Positions 1-13,593 of a DNA stretch of 64,000 nt are shown piece by piece. Each line of letters opens with the position of its first letter. The stretch's first letter is position 1. The notes below the pieces were generated by a model. The model made no database searches, had not been told where the DNA came from, and was given only the letters and a program-made list of their open reading frames with translations. The position numbers were made by a program, and so were the translations under genes. The DNA comes from Lytechinus pictus (taxonomy: Eukaryota): contig NC_087250.1 of assembly GCF_037042905.1 (NCBI RefSeq), forward strand, positions 5,892,001-5,956,000, in the 5' to 3' direction.

Positions 1-180
1 TTGTCATAATTTACTTATCCAGTTGCCAATTTGAAATCTACATAGTATTAGTGATCTCAATTTTAAAGCAGCTATAACTTTTTGATTGCTTGTCTGATTT
101 CTTTCAAACTTTCACCATTCTGTTAAATTTATTTTTCTCCTTCCCAACACAACATTTTATGGCAAAGGCTGGATTCCCCT
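1..180. mobile_element. End of a TTAA-flanked MITE (Kolobok-like), same family as 44721-45633
   Basis: Ends ggctggattcccct-TTAA; reverse complement of 44721-44900. Confidence 0.75.
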
Positions 181-202
181 TTAAGGGCCTTATGTGAGCC
201 CC

Positions 203-491
203 GGGCCCCGTCTTACAAAGAGTTACGATTGATCCAATCAATATCATTGTAACTGTATGGAAATCCATCAGTGTCATATTTTTTTCTGCAGGAAATGTGC
301 ACAATGTCAATGCCCTTTGTAAACAAAGAAAAGCACAGTGAATTTTCAAGACAACAATAAATGCATGAACACATACATCTTAGCTAGAAAATATTTTGAA
401 CAAGCATGCATAATAGATGTTGACATTGCTGGCCGTCCATAGTTACGATCGATCGATCGGATCAGTCGCAACTCTTTGTGAGACGGGGCCC
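203..491. mobile_element. ~290-bp MITE family (PIF/Harbinger-like)
   Basis: TIR gggccccgtcttacaaagagtt / aactctttgtgagacggggccc; further copies at ~21808, 23085, 36202, 38522 and 39583. Confidence 0.8.
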
Positions 492-852
492 TGAGGTTTG
501 TGACTATCGCATACTGGAATGGAAGGAGATATGACTGGTCAGAAACCATAAACAGTAGCGACTGATTCATGCCAGACCAGCCCTGAATAGGCAACCTAAA
601 TAGGCATTTGTTCACCAGTAGGTACGAGCTTTAAAGACAGACATTTTTCCCTACTTGTAATGTGCCTCATTTTCCTGTTCTTCTTTCTATAAATTTTGTT
701 TTTGTTTTCTAAGCGCCTTGAGCATCTAATCATACTGAAAATCATGGTAATCTTTTAAAGGCTTAATCGTCATGGCCGTGGGTAGATGTGTGTGTGTGTG
801 TTTGAGTTTTGTCAGACGTGTATCAATCAGTGTTATAACCCTTAGGCAGCAC

Positions 853-1107
853 CAGTGGCGTACCTAGGATTTTCCACAGGGGGGGGGGGCAAACAAAATC
901 GGCCGCCAAAAAAATTGACAAGCAAAAAAAAAAAAAAAAAAAAAGGTCTTCAAGTTCGTCAGGGGGGGGGGGGGGGGGGCAATAAAGGTCTTAAAGCTCG
1001 TCAGGGGGGGGGGGCAAAAAAGGTATTTCAAGCTCGTCAGGGGGGGCAGGGATATGTTTTTGGTATGGGTTGTGGCTACCCCCCCCCCCCCCGTAGGTAC
1101 GCCAGTG
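853..1107. mobile_element. hAT-like MITE
   Basis: TIR cagtggcgtacc / ggtacgccagtg; exact 8-bp TSD GGCAGCAC (845-852, 1108-1115). Confidence 0.88.
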
Positions 1108-1292
1108 GGCAGCACCCCCTGGAAACGTGTAGTGACATGCTGAATAGCAATAATACAACAAAAATCATCTTAATTTTTTCACGATTTTTTTATGCTTGTC
1201 ATTTTTTGATAATTTCATAATTGAACTCAGCGCACCCCCTGTTAAAAAAAAAAAAATCGTTTCCAGGGTACTGTTCTATGAATTACTTATGT

Positions 1293-1806
1293 GGAGTGTT
1301 GTGGCCCAGTGGATTAGTCTCCGGACTTTGAAACAGAGGGTCGTGGGTTCGTATCCAAGCCATGGCGTAATTTCCTTCAACAAGAAATTTATCCACACTG
1401 TGCTGCACTCAACCCAGGTGAGGTGAATGCAGTAGCGTACCTAGGATTTTCCACAGGGGCGGCAAAATCGTCCGCCAAAAAATTTGACAAGCACAAAAAA
1501 GGTCTTCAACCACAAATAAATGATTTCGTACCAGAAAAAAAATTGACAAGCCAAAAAAAATAAAAATAAAAAAGGTCCTCAACAGGATATAAAGGACATT
1601 TCGCACCAGAAAAAAAAAATTCAAAGGAAGGGGCCACTGGTGGCTCGTAAGGAGGGGGGGGGGGCAGGGATACGTCATTTGCATGGGTTGTGACTCGTCG
1701 GGGGGGCAGTCTGCCCCCCTGCGTGAATGGATACCTGGCAGGAATTTATTCCTTGAAATGCAATAAGAGCTGGAAGGCTGTTCGAGCTACAGCTGGGGTA
1801 ATAATA
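1293..1806 (+). mobile_element. tRNA-derived SINE interrupted by a hAT-like MITE (1430-~1721)
   Basis: A-box (tggcccagtgg) and B-box-like (ggttcgtatcc) head; body shared with copies at 17.6, 25.2 and 34.4 kb; gtgaatg duplicated around the insert. Confidence 0.8.
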
Positions 1807-2221
1807 TCAAGAAGATTCTATGACTGGAGTTCCAACAGGCAATAAATTTGTTCAAGCAGCTGTTCATTTCTAAAGAAGCACAAAAGGAAGAACGGCAATA
1901 AGGACCCTTTTAATGTCCACCTTCGAAGCCGCCAGTTTCAGTGAAGAAATCCGATGGGTGAAATTTTACGAATATTCATTTGTATCAATTTTCCATCTTT
2001 CATATCAATAAACAAACTAAAATTCAAATGCATGACAAAACATCAATAACCAAACACTATTAAGACAAGATATTTGCCCAGACTATATTAGTTAACCTTT
2101 AAATTGTGAAAAAAGAAAGAATTTGACCTTTACTGAAACCAGATTTTAACACTTTTCCGATCGTTTGCGGCGAATAAAAATTTCAAATGTGGTCGGTGGA
2201 ATATTGTTGTTCATTACTGTA

Positions 2222-3271
2222 CAGCGCGTCCCCAAAAAAATGTCCCTCTGACAAACGGCTGAATTAATTCTAAAATTACGTATTATTCTGAATTAAATGT
2301 GCAGAGCTAAAAAGTTCATTTCATATTCTAACTTCTGTAAAAAATTTAATTGGTTTCGCTTCAGCGGTTTTGAATACACAATCTAGTATGTAACAGTCGT
2401 GCTTTTCAGCCCATTCCAAGTTTGCATGCAGCAATGCTGTATGTTCTGCACTGTCTAGCATATCAATTCCCTTTGACCCTCCAAAAATCTGACAAGGGAA
2501 TTCCCTAATCTGACCAGGGAAGTCCCCATGAACCCCATGATCAAACCTAGCTCATCAAATCGCAACCTTGAGCATGTTTAGTAGGTCAAGAAATGTTACA
2601 CCAATGCTGGACAGTCCATTGCAAGTTTGATAATGTTAAATGCAACACTGGTGGAGACAATAGGTCATGCCTTTTTCAGGCCTTGTTCAATGTTTCACTC
2701 ATTTCAACTACATGTACTGCATTCTTGTTGCATTGATAATTTGTTATTAAGTTACTGAGGTCAAGTTAATATACCTATTTGATAAAAAAGTCAATTTCCA
2801 CTGGTAATGTTCGAATTTGCAAAGTTACACTTGTGATTTGTCCGTCATTGTTTAGCTTATTGTACTCATCCATTTTTTTCAGGTTGATACATCTATTCCC
2901 CATATCAATCATACAAAAATCTTCATGATGGATATTTCATTCCCTTCTGAACATGCTCATATTTGTGATTTGATCAGCCTGGTCAGATCAGGGAATTGTC
3001 CCTGCCCAGATCCTGGATGTTAAATGGGGGTTAACATGCTAGAGGCAGTGCATAAATACTGCATTGCTGCTAACTTGGAATGGGCTGAAATTTACCACTG
3101 TTACATAACAGAATGTGTATTCAAAACCGCTGAAGCGAGACCGATGAAATTTTTATAGAAGTTAGGTTATGAAATGAGCTTTCTAGTTCTGTTCATTTGA
3201 TTGAATATGATACTATATTTTGGAAATAATTCAGCCGTATGTCAGAGGGACATTTTTTTTGGGACGCGCTG
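2222..3271. mobile_element. Tc1/mariner-like non-autonomous element with long imperfect TIRs
   Basis: TA-cagcgcgtccccaaaaaaatgtccctctgac ... gtcagagggacattttttttgggacgcgctg-TA; inverted similarity extends ~300 bp. Confidence 0.85.
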
Positions 3272-4073
3272 TATATGCCAGATGAATGCCTGCACATGCC
3301 CAGTCGAGCAAATTTGAGTCATATTTCAGGACATATTGCAAAGTTTATTTTCGCATGGCTCCGAATTATGTACTACACATATAACCAGACCAAGATCATG
3401 AAGATGCCGCGAAAAAGTAATTATCATCACAAAAGCATATTTCCCTTTATGTATGACCTATATAGCTGCGAGTCATGCGGGAATCATTTGTCTACAAAAT
3501 TGCAAGAGATGTTGAGCAAAGTGCATGCCTGACATACTTTCTGCTGGCGGCTTTTAACCTTGTTCAAAGAGGTTTTAGATGATGTTACTCCATCTCATTT
3601 GAAACCTCCTTGATAATATCTAAGTCCTATGGAAGCGCATGATAGAGACGTAATTCATAAGGTGATATGAAAAAGGCTTTATACAAGAACCTTTTGTATT
3701 ATTATTATCATTATTATTATTTGACTGAGACTCTATATACTCAAAATGCCAATTTATGCAAAATATCCTCCAAATCAAATTCTTTCATTTATCATGGAAT
3801 AAAAAAAGGCATCATCTTTTGCTAATTATATACTTTTAAATAGAATATCGGTTTCGGACGTGGTCCCGTGAAATTGGTGACTGTGATTCTTATTGGGATT
3901 CTTATTTATGCAAATTATATTAAAATTGCATATACATTGCAAAAACATGAAATCAAATTTAATTATTTGCAAATTATATTCAAATTATATCATTATACGG
4001 TGTGCCCCACAAAAAGGAAGCCCAACAGATGTCACAATTATTAAATATGTTTCTACTATTATTTTGATATGTA

Positions 4074-4312
4074 CACAGCAAAAACTGTGGTGTTAACCGG
4101 TGTACATAGAGGACCACACCAGTTATTTTACAGCGGTGTTAAATTGGTGGTGTTAGTTTTACACCTATAGGTGTTATTACAGCACCTATGGTTGTTACAT
4201 TTACACTCTTTGGTGTTATGTTCAACCTCTAGGGTGTTATTTTAACACCTCTGGGTGTGGTCCTCTATTAACACCAATTGGTGTCAGTTTTAACACCACA
4301 GTTTTTACAGTG
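4074..4312. mobile_element. CAC-terminal MITE with 2-bp TSD (CMC/EnSpm-like)
   Basis: Ends cacagcaaaaactgtggtgttaa / aacaccacagtttttacagtg; TSD TA. Other copies carry TSD CA (10191) and TG (13594). Confidence 0.8.
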
Positions 4313-5814
4313 TATGGTAAGAGTAAAAATCTCATCTTCAGTATGAGCCAGCCATCGTAGCAAATCGCAAAATTCAAACTCGTCTTGCTCATTAATGCGT
4401 GAAGTGTTTTTACATATTCGGTATCAAAATATAGAAGAATGAATGTATGGTATGATGATGATTCCCCTCATTTCCATTTATGCTCTACATTAAACTTTTT
4501 TTTGTTTTACGAAGTAAGAATGCTCTTCTGTAAAATTGTACTTGATTGTATTACTTTATATTACTTTGTATTATGTTTTGAGTGGAAATGAAATAAAATA
4601 ATTGAATTGAATGATGTAAATAAGATATCATGAGTCATTTTCCAATGAGGAGTAAAGACATGGAACCCCTTTTTTTTTCTTTTACACACTGTATAAGCAT
4701 AAACATAGAACAACAATATAATTGTGGTTACAATGGATTTTATTTGATTCATTTTTTCTTCTGCATTCATAACATTCGTATACAATACAATTTTCATTAC
4801 GTAACAAACATAATATATTGGGTAACTGATTTTTGTATGAATCATAACGAAAAAAATATATATGATCTACTACCAACAAAGAAAATTTAACATTTACAGT
4901 TTGCAGGAGAAGGATTGTCATTATAAGCAGATTGCTTGACATGAATGACAACCCCATTAAATTAGTACATACATTATTTCATAAAGCAGAATGGAAATGT
5001 TATTTTGTTCATAATTTCATCAAGATGAAGATGGAGATGAAAGAGGATGATGGTGATAACGGTGAAAGTGAAGGCCATGATGGAGATGATGATGATGGTG
5101 GTGGTGGTGGTGGTCATGGGAGAGTATTGTGATGATGAAATGACAGGAAAAGTGATTTACTAATTAACTGAAATACTGACTATGACTCAAATATAAATGA
5201 CTCTATTATCTTTCTTTATCTCTTTTCTCTTTTTATTTTCATTTCCCTTGTGTGTGCTTCCATGTTTTCTTGTTTCTTGTTCTTCATTATTTTTTTTTTT
5301 GCTGTTCCCTGTTTTGTCATCTTCGTGTCTGTCGTCGTAGGCAATTCTAAAATAATTATTTAGAGGGGTCCACACAATACAAGCACTGCTTTTTAGTGGA
5401 TCCCTCCATTTTCTCAGAATTTTATTTTAAAATGGTTATGATATTTTGCTTATATATAATACTCTGTTTTGTTTTGCTTTTACTTATAGATAAATATCAT
5501 ATACTGTACATGCCAGAATTCATTTTGTCTGTATAAGTTCACTGTAACAATTTTGACCACATTACTTTGTTCTGTTGAAAATGAAATAAAAATAAATTGA
5601 AATGAATTGAAATTGACTATTGATAAAGGTTCCTAGAAATTGGTGTCTGGCAGTACTGCACCGTATATTAAAAGAATATAGAAAGTATACAAAAATACAA
5701 ATATTTGAAATCTTGACTATTTTCATTCAAGTAATTCATGCATTATTTTGTTAATTTATGTATTAAGTCATTTATTTATTCATTTATATATTTATTCTGT
5801 TTCTGTTTGGTAAC

Positions 5815-6034
5815 TCCCGTAGGAGATTGCTCGACAGGGTCGTTTTTAGCTGGTAAAAGCCAAACTGGCATTTTACGTCTAGCTAGGTTAGTCAGTCATA
5901 GTGGCTGACGTTATAGACGGCATAAGTTACCCTCGGGTTTTGTTTATCAAAGTTGAGACAATGGCAGAGTGGTTATTCGAACTCACAACCTTGCTATTAC
6001 GAGTCCAATGCTATAACCACTGGACCACACGACC
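5815..6034 (-). mobile_element. Second tRNA-derived SINE family
   Basis: Minus-strand head ggtcgtgtggtccagtggttatagcattggactcg...gagttcgaat; similar to 40481-40720. Confidence 0.65.
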
Positions 6035-6848
6035 CGTGTTATGTCTATCCATTATTCTTTCTTCATGTGTCAGGAAGTGAGAAAAAAAAACAATATTCCT
6101 CGAAATTTAGAACCAGCATTCGTATATAATACTGTCAATGATACGTGGGCAAACAGCCCCACCCCACTCCTTCTTTGTTGATCACGTGCTGATGACGTCA
6201 CAGCCGATGCTGATCACACTTATTATATTTTCCGGGCGTCATTTCCCATCAAGACTTCATTGTTCTTGAATAAGCCTATACAAAGGAAATAAATCGATGA
6301 ATAAAAACGTGAAAATAAAAATTCATGGGATTGAGAGGAGAAAGAGAAAAAAAAACTTATGGCATTGTGTTTCCACAGATCCAAAACAAATTTCCTGAAA
6401 CTGAATCCCAAATTTCTCGAAATTCAAAGACATTTCCTGAAATTTTCAAGTTTAATTTTCAACAACAAAAAAATCGGCTCATAATACAGCGAGCCTAAAT
6501 TTGGCCCAAATGATTAAAATCAAGGAATTTAACCATTATTTTCACGCCCTCCTTAAAAATAGGACCAAAAGTACGTAATGCGAGCGCGGAGCGCGAGCGG
6601 AAAATTGCGAGCAACATATCGAGGTAAACAATTCTTTAAATGTAACATGGATATCAAAAGTTGAAACTTTTAATTGTTGTTTGATTGTTTTTTCCGATTA
6701 TCCGGAATTACTTGGACTTTTTTCATTACCCGAAAATTAAATGAAAATTATCCGGTTTACCCGAAATTCGGGCAATTTCCTTCAAAGTGGAAACACTGCA
6801 CCTCTCGGTGATAATAGAAGCAATATATTTCCGTTTTAATGAAATTAA

Positions 6849-6944
6849 AGGGGAAGTTCACCCTAAAAGTTTATTGTAAAAATAGCTGTATAATAATAAT
6901 AATAAATCGCTGAAAGTTTGAGTTTTGCGTGGTAAACTTCCCCT
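6849..6944. mobile_element. Very short TTAA-flanked MITE
   Basis: TTAA-aggggaagtt...aacttcccct-TTAA; the right TTAA is shared with the next element. Confidence 0.7.
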
Positions 6945-6948
6945 TTAA

Positions 6949-7495
6949 AGGTCAAGTCCACCCCAGAAAAATGTAGATTTGAATAAATAAAGAAAAATCT
7001 AACTAGCATATCACTGAAAATTTCATCAAAATTGGATGTAAAATAAGAAAGTTATGACATTTTAAAGTGTCTCTTATTTTTCACATAACAGTGATATGCA
7101 CAACTAGGTGAGTCAGTCGATGATGTCCATCACTCACTATTTCTTTTGTTTTTTATTGTTTGAATTATACAATATATCATTTTTATAGATTTGATAATAA
7201 GTACCAACTTGAATGAACCATTATAGTTTTAAACTATCAATGATAATTCCACATGTTCACGAATTAATCGTATCACTTGACAATGATGAGAAAATGAGAA
7301 TATTTCATATCATAAATTACAAAAGAAATAGTGAGTGGGTGACGTCATCAGTCCCCTCATTTACATACCAGCCAGGATGTGCATATAACTGTCTTGTGAA
7401 ATTAAGCGAAACTTAAAATGTCATAAATTTCTTACTTTACATCCGATTTTGATGAAATTTGCAGTGTTATGCATATTGGATTTTTTTTGGGTGAA
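6949..7495. mobile_element. ~600-bp TTAA-flanked MITE (Kolobok-like), 3'-truncated copy
   Basis: Starts TTAA-aggtcaagtccacccc; body matches 22348-22950. Confidence 0.8.
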
Positions 7496-8323
7496 AATCC
7501 GTTGTTTTGATACCCGTGACGAGTGCACGCGAGGCCCGTGTCCAAAACTGAAACAAAAACCTATCCCGTAAACGCGCATATGTAAAGCAATATATTTGAT
7601 TGACCCCCTCCCCCCCCCCCCCCCGGGCGTAGTCCCCTCATTATCGCCGTACCGTCGGAAGAGGTCAATAGAGAGTTTTCGCATTTACTATACCGTACGG
7701 AGACACTCTCTGCAATGAATCGATTTCTTTGAAAATGCAATAAAAATCACTATAGATAGCCAAAAGGCTTTTTCTCGAAAGTTGGGGTACAGGGACAGCA
7801 TCGGAATCTCTTGAATCTGGACAACGACATACTTACAATTAGTTCGTCCGGTGCAAATCTTCGGAAGATCTGCTGTCCAAGTCAACCAACTTTCCACAAA
7901 AGCCTCTCAGCTCTCCATTGTGATTTGACTTGCATTTTCAAAAGAATTGATGCGTTGTAGAGAGTGTGCTCCGTAGCTAAATGAGAAAAGTTCGGATTAT
8001 TGTATTGTAGCATCTTCTTACTAGACGCTTTCTACAACGCATCAATTCATTTGAAAATGCGAGTCGATCGAATTGGTAGATTAGAGGTCATTGTCAAAAC
8101 CATGATGGTCCAGGGCGTACAGCACATCATCGTAAAATTGGAACCGGACAAAAAATTGCAAAATAATTGTCAAGAGATTTGGACGAATCCCCACTGCTTC
8201 ACCGATTATCGACAAAGGCTGCCTAAGGCTCCTTTAATTAACAGAAATTAACGTTAAATGAAATTAACCGTCCGCAAAAAGATTGCAAAAATAGGGCCTA
8301 CACTAGCTACTACTCTACTTACT

Positions 8324-8812
8324 CTAGCATATATATTCGCTATCCTCATCGGCGGATTCTTCTGAGCATGGAACTTCTAAAGGTTCTTCTTCTGAGCAAT
8401 CAGCTGCAGATGAGAGAAGGTACGTTGGGTCAGGGTGCGCTTGATCAATAATAGTGTAATTATCATCCTGCCTTCTGATAATGAAACTACGATCTGGTAA
8501 AGAGGAGGTCAAGGACGCAACAACGTCTCCTCGTACATATGAATACCGTTTGTGGTGTATCTCGTAGACGTTAATTGTTACGCTACCTTCACCCGATAGG
8601 CCCAAGTACCGGCTGGTTCGATGAGGAAGGATGCACTCGGAAATCATTGCATGGCCGCCGCCCGCACCACTCATGATCAGTTCCATTTCTAAGGATGCAC
8701 TATTCGTGTCGTTTGTGACGTACGTGTGGTGACAAAGCGTTAGCTCTCGAATCGTGTAAAACACGTTTCTCAGTATGTCTTTAATAATGCTGGTATAACG
8801 TGAAGGTACCAT
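8324..8812 (-). CDS. Uncharacterised small protein, paralog A (162 aa from first ATG; the ORF track extends to a GTG at 8875)
   Basis: Shares HHTYVTNDTN, VTINVY and DRSFIIRR..IIDQ with the ORFs at 15396 and 18556; ATG in GAAATGG context; acidic C-terminal tail. Confidence 0.75.
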   Translation of the reverse strand: MVPSRYTSIIKDILRNVFYTIRELTLCHHTYVTNDTNSASLEMELIMSGAGGGHAMISECILPHRTSRYLGLSGEGSVTINVYEIHHKRYSYVRGDVVASLTSSLPDRSFIIRRQDDNYTIIDQAHPDPTYLLSSAADCSEEEPLEVPCSEESADEDSEYIC

Positions 8813-10190
8813 TTCTTTGTCATGCACTTTGTTGACATTCTCACATGATACAATGGTTATTCCCTGATCCGCCACATGATACTATACAGCCAGGATTCAC
8901 ACTTAATTTCATTATCTTTTTGTTTGATAAGGTATAGTAATTAATGTTCTTCCGCATACCTACGTAATCTTGCAACTGCGTGCTTAGACGAAGAGGACTT
9001 TGAACAGCTACCGTAATCTTGGGTGCTTTTTCCAACATGTATTAGGCCAGAGTGTACCCACAAAATATTCCCTAATCATGTATTACTTTTATTAGTTCAT
9101 TGCAAATTGGCTTAATATAAGGGTTGGAGCCGGGAGCACCAAGTCATTTATTCAGCTCGGTCCACAAGCTGACCACCCGGACCCCCCTCCAAAAAAAGAC
9201 TGGTCAATTGTCAATTGCGGGGTTAAACGTATTTAATATACTTTTTCCAAAGCTGTTTTTTAGACTCTATATAGCCAAACGTCTTTAGGGTATGTTTTCC
9301 CCAAGCTTATTCACCGGGGCTTTTCTCTCCTCGTTTCTGAAGTGTTTGGGCCCGAGACAAAACATAGGGGTCATATTCTGGCGACAACTTGTTTAGGGGC
9401 CAAAATGTGTTAATGAAGCCCTCCAAAAAATGTTTAGGGGGTTATTTTGCATACAGAGAAAAACTTGTTAAGGGGGTGTTTGAAAATAATCTGGTCACGC
9501 ATGTGTACAGCAATATATTTTGTCTGGCCCCCGGTTGTACAACCGTCGCGACGGTTGTACAACTGGGATCGCCGAGAGCGTGAAACGGCGACATGCCGCC
9601 ATGCCTCAGCTAGCTAGTTTTGTTTAGGGGGTTATTTTGCACACAGAGAAAAAAAACTCGTTTCTGGGGTGTTTGAAAATAATTTTGGTCGCAAGAAATT
9701 TGACAAGCAAAAAAGAAAAAAAAAGGTTTCACTACAAAATGAAGGTATTTTTTCACATTTAATTGCCATTTACTCACACCTCATTCTAGGGGGTGTTGTC
9801 TATGGAGAATTGTACAAGCAGTACCCCTCCGCGGAAAATCTTGGTAAACTTTATATTTCTTAGAACCTATTCGTTATCCCTTATATTGTTCTGCCCTTTA
9901 GACTGTACTACAGTATAGAATGACTCCCCCCTTAGAATTCTATCTACTAAATGGCGACATCAATATGCGGTCTTTGTACATTATTATTATTGATAAATTC
10001 ATTGTAACATAATGCGTGTTTCCACTTGATATCTTAACGCGGCACTCGAGGAGATAAAAGTGTGAAAATTAAGAAGAATTCTTGCGCTAATTTTTAAGTT
10101 GCATCGATTGCATTTATTCTGCAAATATTGTAGGACAGGTACACAGTAAAAAAAAATTGTTCAAAATTTTATACAATGCTGTTAACTACA

Positions 10191-10433
10191 CACAGCAAAA
10201 AGTGTGGTGTTAACCGGTGTATTTAAATAGAGGACCACACCAGTTATTTTACACCGGTGTTAAATTGGTGGTGTTAGTTTTACACCTATAGGTGTTATTA
10301 CAACACCTATGGTTGTTACATTTACACCCGTTGGTGTTATGTTCAATCTCTAGTGTGTTATTTTAACACCTCAGGGTGTGGTCCTCTATTAACACCAAAT
10401 GGTGTCAGTTTTAACACCACAGTTTTAACAGTG
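10191..10433. mobile_element. CAC-terminal MITE, 2-bp TSD CA
   Basis: Near-identical to 4074-4312. Confidence 0.8.
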
Positions 10434-10492
10434 CATGAAACAGTGTATGAAACTTACAGCAGTTGTTTATGAGATAAAACAATCATTCTTAA

Positions 10493-11349
10493 AGGTCAAG
10501 TCCCCCCAGAAAAATGTTTAAATAGAGAAAAATCAAACTAGCATAACACTAAAAACTTTATCAAAATCGGATGTAGAGCAGTCGCGTACCTAGGATTTTC
10601 CACAGGGGGGGGGGGGCAAAACCGTCCGCCAAAAAATCTGACAAGCAAAAAAAAGGTCTTTAATCACAAATAAATCGTACCAGAACAAAAATTGACAAGG
10701 AAAAAAAAAAGGTCTTCAACCTCGTCAGGGGGGGGGGGGGCAAAAAAGGTCTTTCGAGCTCGTCAGGGGGGCAGGTATACGTCCTTTGCATGGGTTGTGA
10801 CTCGTCAGGGGGGGGGGGCAGAGTGCCCCCCGGAGGTACGCTAGTGATGTAGAGTAAGAAAGTTAAGACATTTTAAAGTTTCACTTATTTTTCAAAAAAC
10901 AGTGATACTCAGTGGCATGCAAATAAGACAGTCAATTATGTCTGTCACTCACTATTTCTTTTGTTTTTTCAATTATACAATATTTCGGTTTTTTTTTACA
11001 CATTTGACAATATAGGGACCAACTTGACTGAATCAAATAGTCAAGCAATATTACTTTCACATGTTCATGGAGGAATCAATCGTTGTTTCACTTGACAATG
11101 AGGAGAAAATTGGAATATTTCATATTTCGTGTAATAGAATACAAAGGAAATAGTGAGTGGATGAGTGGATTATCAGTCTCCTCATTGCATACCGACCACA
11201 ATGTGCACTGTTTTGTGAAATTAAGCAACATTTTAAAATGTCATAACTTTCTTATTTTACATCCGATTTTGATGAAGTTTTCAGTGTTTTGCTTGTTGGA
11301 TTTTTCTCTTTTTATTCAAATCAATTTTTTGATGGGGTGAACTTGTCCT
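10493..11349. mobile_element. Kolobok-like MITE interrupted by a hAT-like MITE
   Basis: TTAA-agg...cct-TTAA ends; insert at 10579-10846. Confidence 0.85.
10579..10846. mobile_element. hAT-like MITE (family of 853-1107)
   Basis: Exact 8-bp TSD ATGTAGAG (10571-10578, 10847-10854); imperfect TIR cagtcgcgtacc / ggtacgctagtg. Confidence 0.88.
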
Positions 11350-13593
11350 TTAATTCACTAAAAATTAAATATTAAAAATATTATAAACTCTTAAAACTAC
11401 TACTGCAAGTTGTTTTTTTTTACATTGTAATCAGCGTTGTATCATGCACTCTTAAAACAAATTAGTCAAATTGACTAGACTAGTAGTCAGCTGCCGAGTG
11501 GGTGCAACTGATATGATAATCACTAATTATCACATTTCTTGTGTATATTCTACTCAGAATTAACTCTGTTCTAGTAAAATACGACTAGAAAATATAATAA
11601 GCTGTAAAAACTGCATAATGGTTAGTCGCGTGCATTTGAGTGCCCGAAAGTCCACACACACAGCTTCAACACAGGGAACAGTGGTTTTCATGGACGTGAT
11701 AATGCAGATATCCGGGTATATCTTTATAATTATTAATAATCTCACACCAGATTGATAATAGTGTGAAAATGTTATCCAATTCCATTAATTTGATGCAAAT
11801 ATTATTACAATTAATTCACTATTTACTTATCGCTGTTCATTTGAAAGTGTCCATGTTCACGAACGCTGGATATGGCAAACGGTCTGAAATCACCCATATT
11901 CGAGACCCTGGCATCTTTGTTTTCCCAATGGAATATTCCTAAGGGTCAAAGAGGTCGAGATTGATTGTCATCTCAATGCTAAATAGATTACCTCCAGTTT
12001 GATGTATAATACTTTATGACTGGCATAATGGTTACATCTCATTTTCCCCCCAAACTTTGAGATCGAGCAGGCAGAACATGGCATATATCTGTGTACAACG
12101 TCACGTGACTAACGTATGATAGTTTCCCTTCCTAGAACCTTTTCATTTGAAACAATTAATACAGTCCAAATAAACTTAATTAAAGCATTTAATGTTGTAA
12201 GTAAAATGTTTTTCTACTATAAAACTTTGCCTGCTGATATTTATAATATAGCTACAGTTTGAGGAAGCAAGTATCGAGTCCGGAATTGATTTTGATTTGC
12301 AATAGGGTCTGCGTAAATATACTATATACTAGCAGGCTAGCATCGTCTGCTACGTAAACCAAATGAGCGATAATGACCGAAACTAACCATTATGTGGAGT
12401 TAAAACTGACACGAAATGGTGTTAATAGATCGAGGACCACACCCTGAGGTGTCAGAATTACACCCTGTAGAGATGGGAAATAACACCGTGAGTGTAAATA
12501 TTACAACCAAATGTGTTGCAATGACATGCACCTATAGGTGTTAAACTAAAACTGTCAACTTAACACCGTTGTAAAATAACTGGTGTGGCTCTCTATGTAT
12601 ACCGCCTGTGCAGTTGCACCCAGCTGACCCTATTAACTAGTCACTTTCGACTGATTCGTTTTTAAAGTGTTATTTTAGTGTTGATCAGAGGGTGTAATAT
12701 TAACACCCCAGGGTGTGGACAGGTGTTTAGTTGGGGACACCAACTGGTGTCACTTTATTACCCAAGAAAAAATGTAACTGTATGTTTAGTTTTCTAGTTT
12801 GCAGTGAAGTGTCTTACTCTGAAAATATGTTTTTGATCATGAAAGTATAGGCCTTCATTATAAAATCATCAAAAAAGAAAGATGCTAATTATGCCTTTAC
12901 GGAAGCATCATTATTTTTCTTTTTTTTTTATTGTTGAAAGTTAAAGCTTCGGCGAAACGGCGGGCCTATCTCTTGAACGTATGTAGTCTGCCAAACGGGA
13001 TGATGCATTACTGAAAATTAAAGGTCCATCTGATTGGTGTGTAGACATGAGAAATAAGTTCACAATCACGAAAATATATCTGCTAAAAAAAAAAAAAAAC
13101 TTTCACTTGCAAGGCTGCATGCTTCGTCAGACATTCGTCGTAGCTGGCGATGCAGTTGACGATGCAGCACGACGGATGATGCCTCTCCCCCCCCCCCAAA
13201 AAAAAAAAAAAAAATAAATAAATAAATAAATGCTGCATTATTCTATTCATTCACTTTTAAATTAAACACACAAAATAGACATTCCTTGACCCAAGATTTG
13301 AAGAGTGCTCCTAATTTCTAAAATTTCGATAGCTAAATTAAAGTATAACACAAACAACATGAGGTATGAGAAGTATGCCACAGAAACAACAAGCACCTTT
13401 GAGACACATATTCTTTTTTAATTACACTATCGCTGAAAGACACCCGTTTTTTGTCAAGCTTTTTGCCTATAGCAAGCGAAAACTTATTTTAAAAAAACGA
13501 AGTAATTTTCCGTGATTGTGTAATTAAGAATGTTTTCCCTATGTCTACACAGTTCACAGGGCTAGATTTACGGTTTTAAAGTGTGTGTGTGTG

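Noticed and set aside
855..1220. Gly/Lys-rich 121-aa ORF
   Set aside because: Homopolymer runs within a hAT-like MITE.
1293..1365. tRNA gene
   Set aside because: The same head plus body recurs at 17.6, 25.2 and 34.4 kb; it is a SINE.
8813..8875. N-terminal extension of paralog A
   Set aside because: Starts at GTG; the first ATG in good context is at 8812. An upstream exon cannot be excluded.
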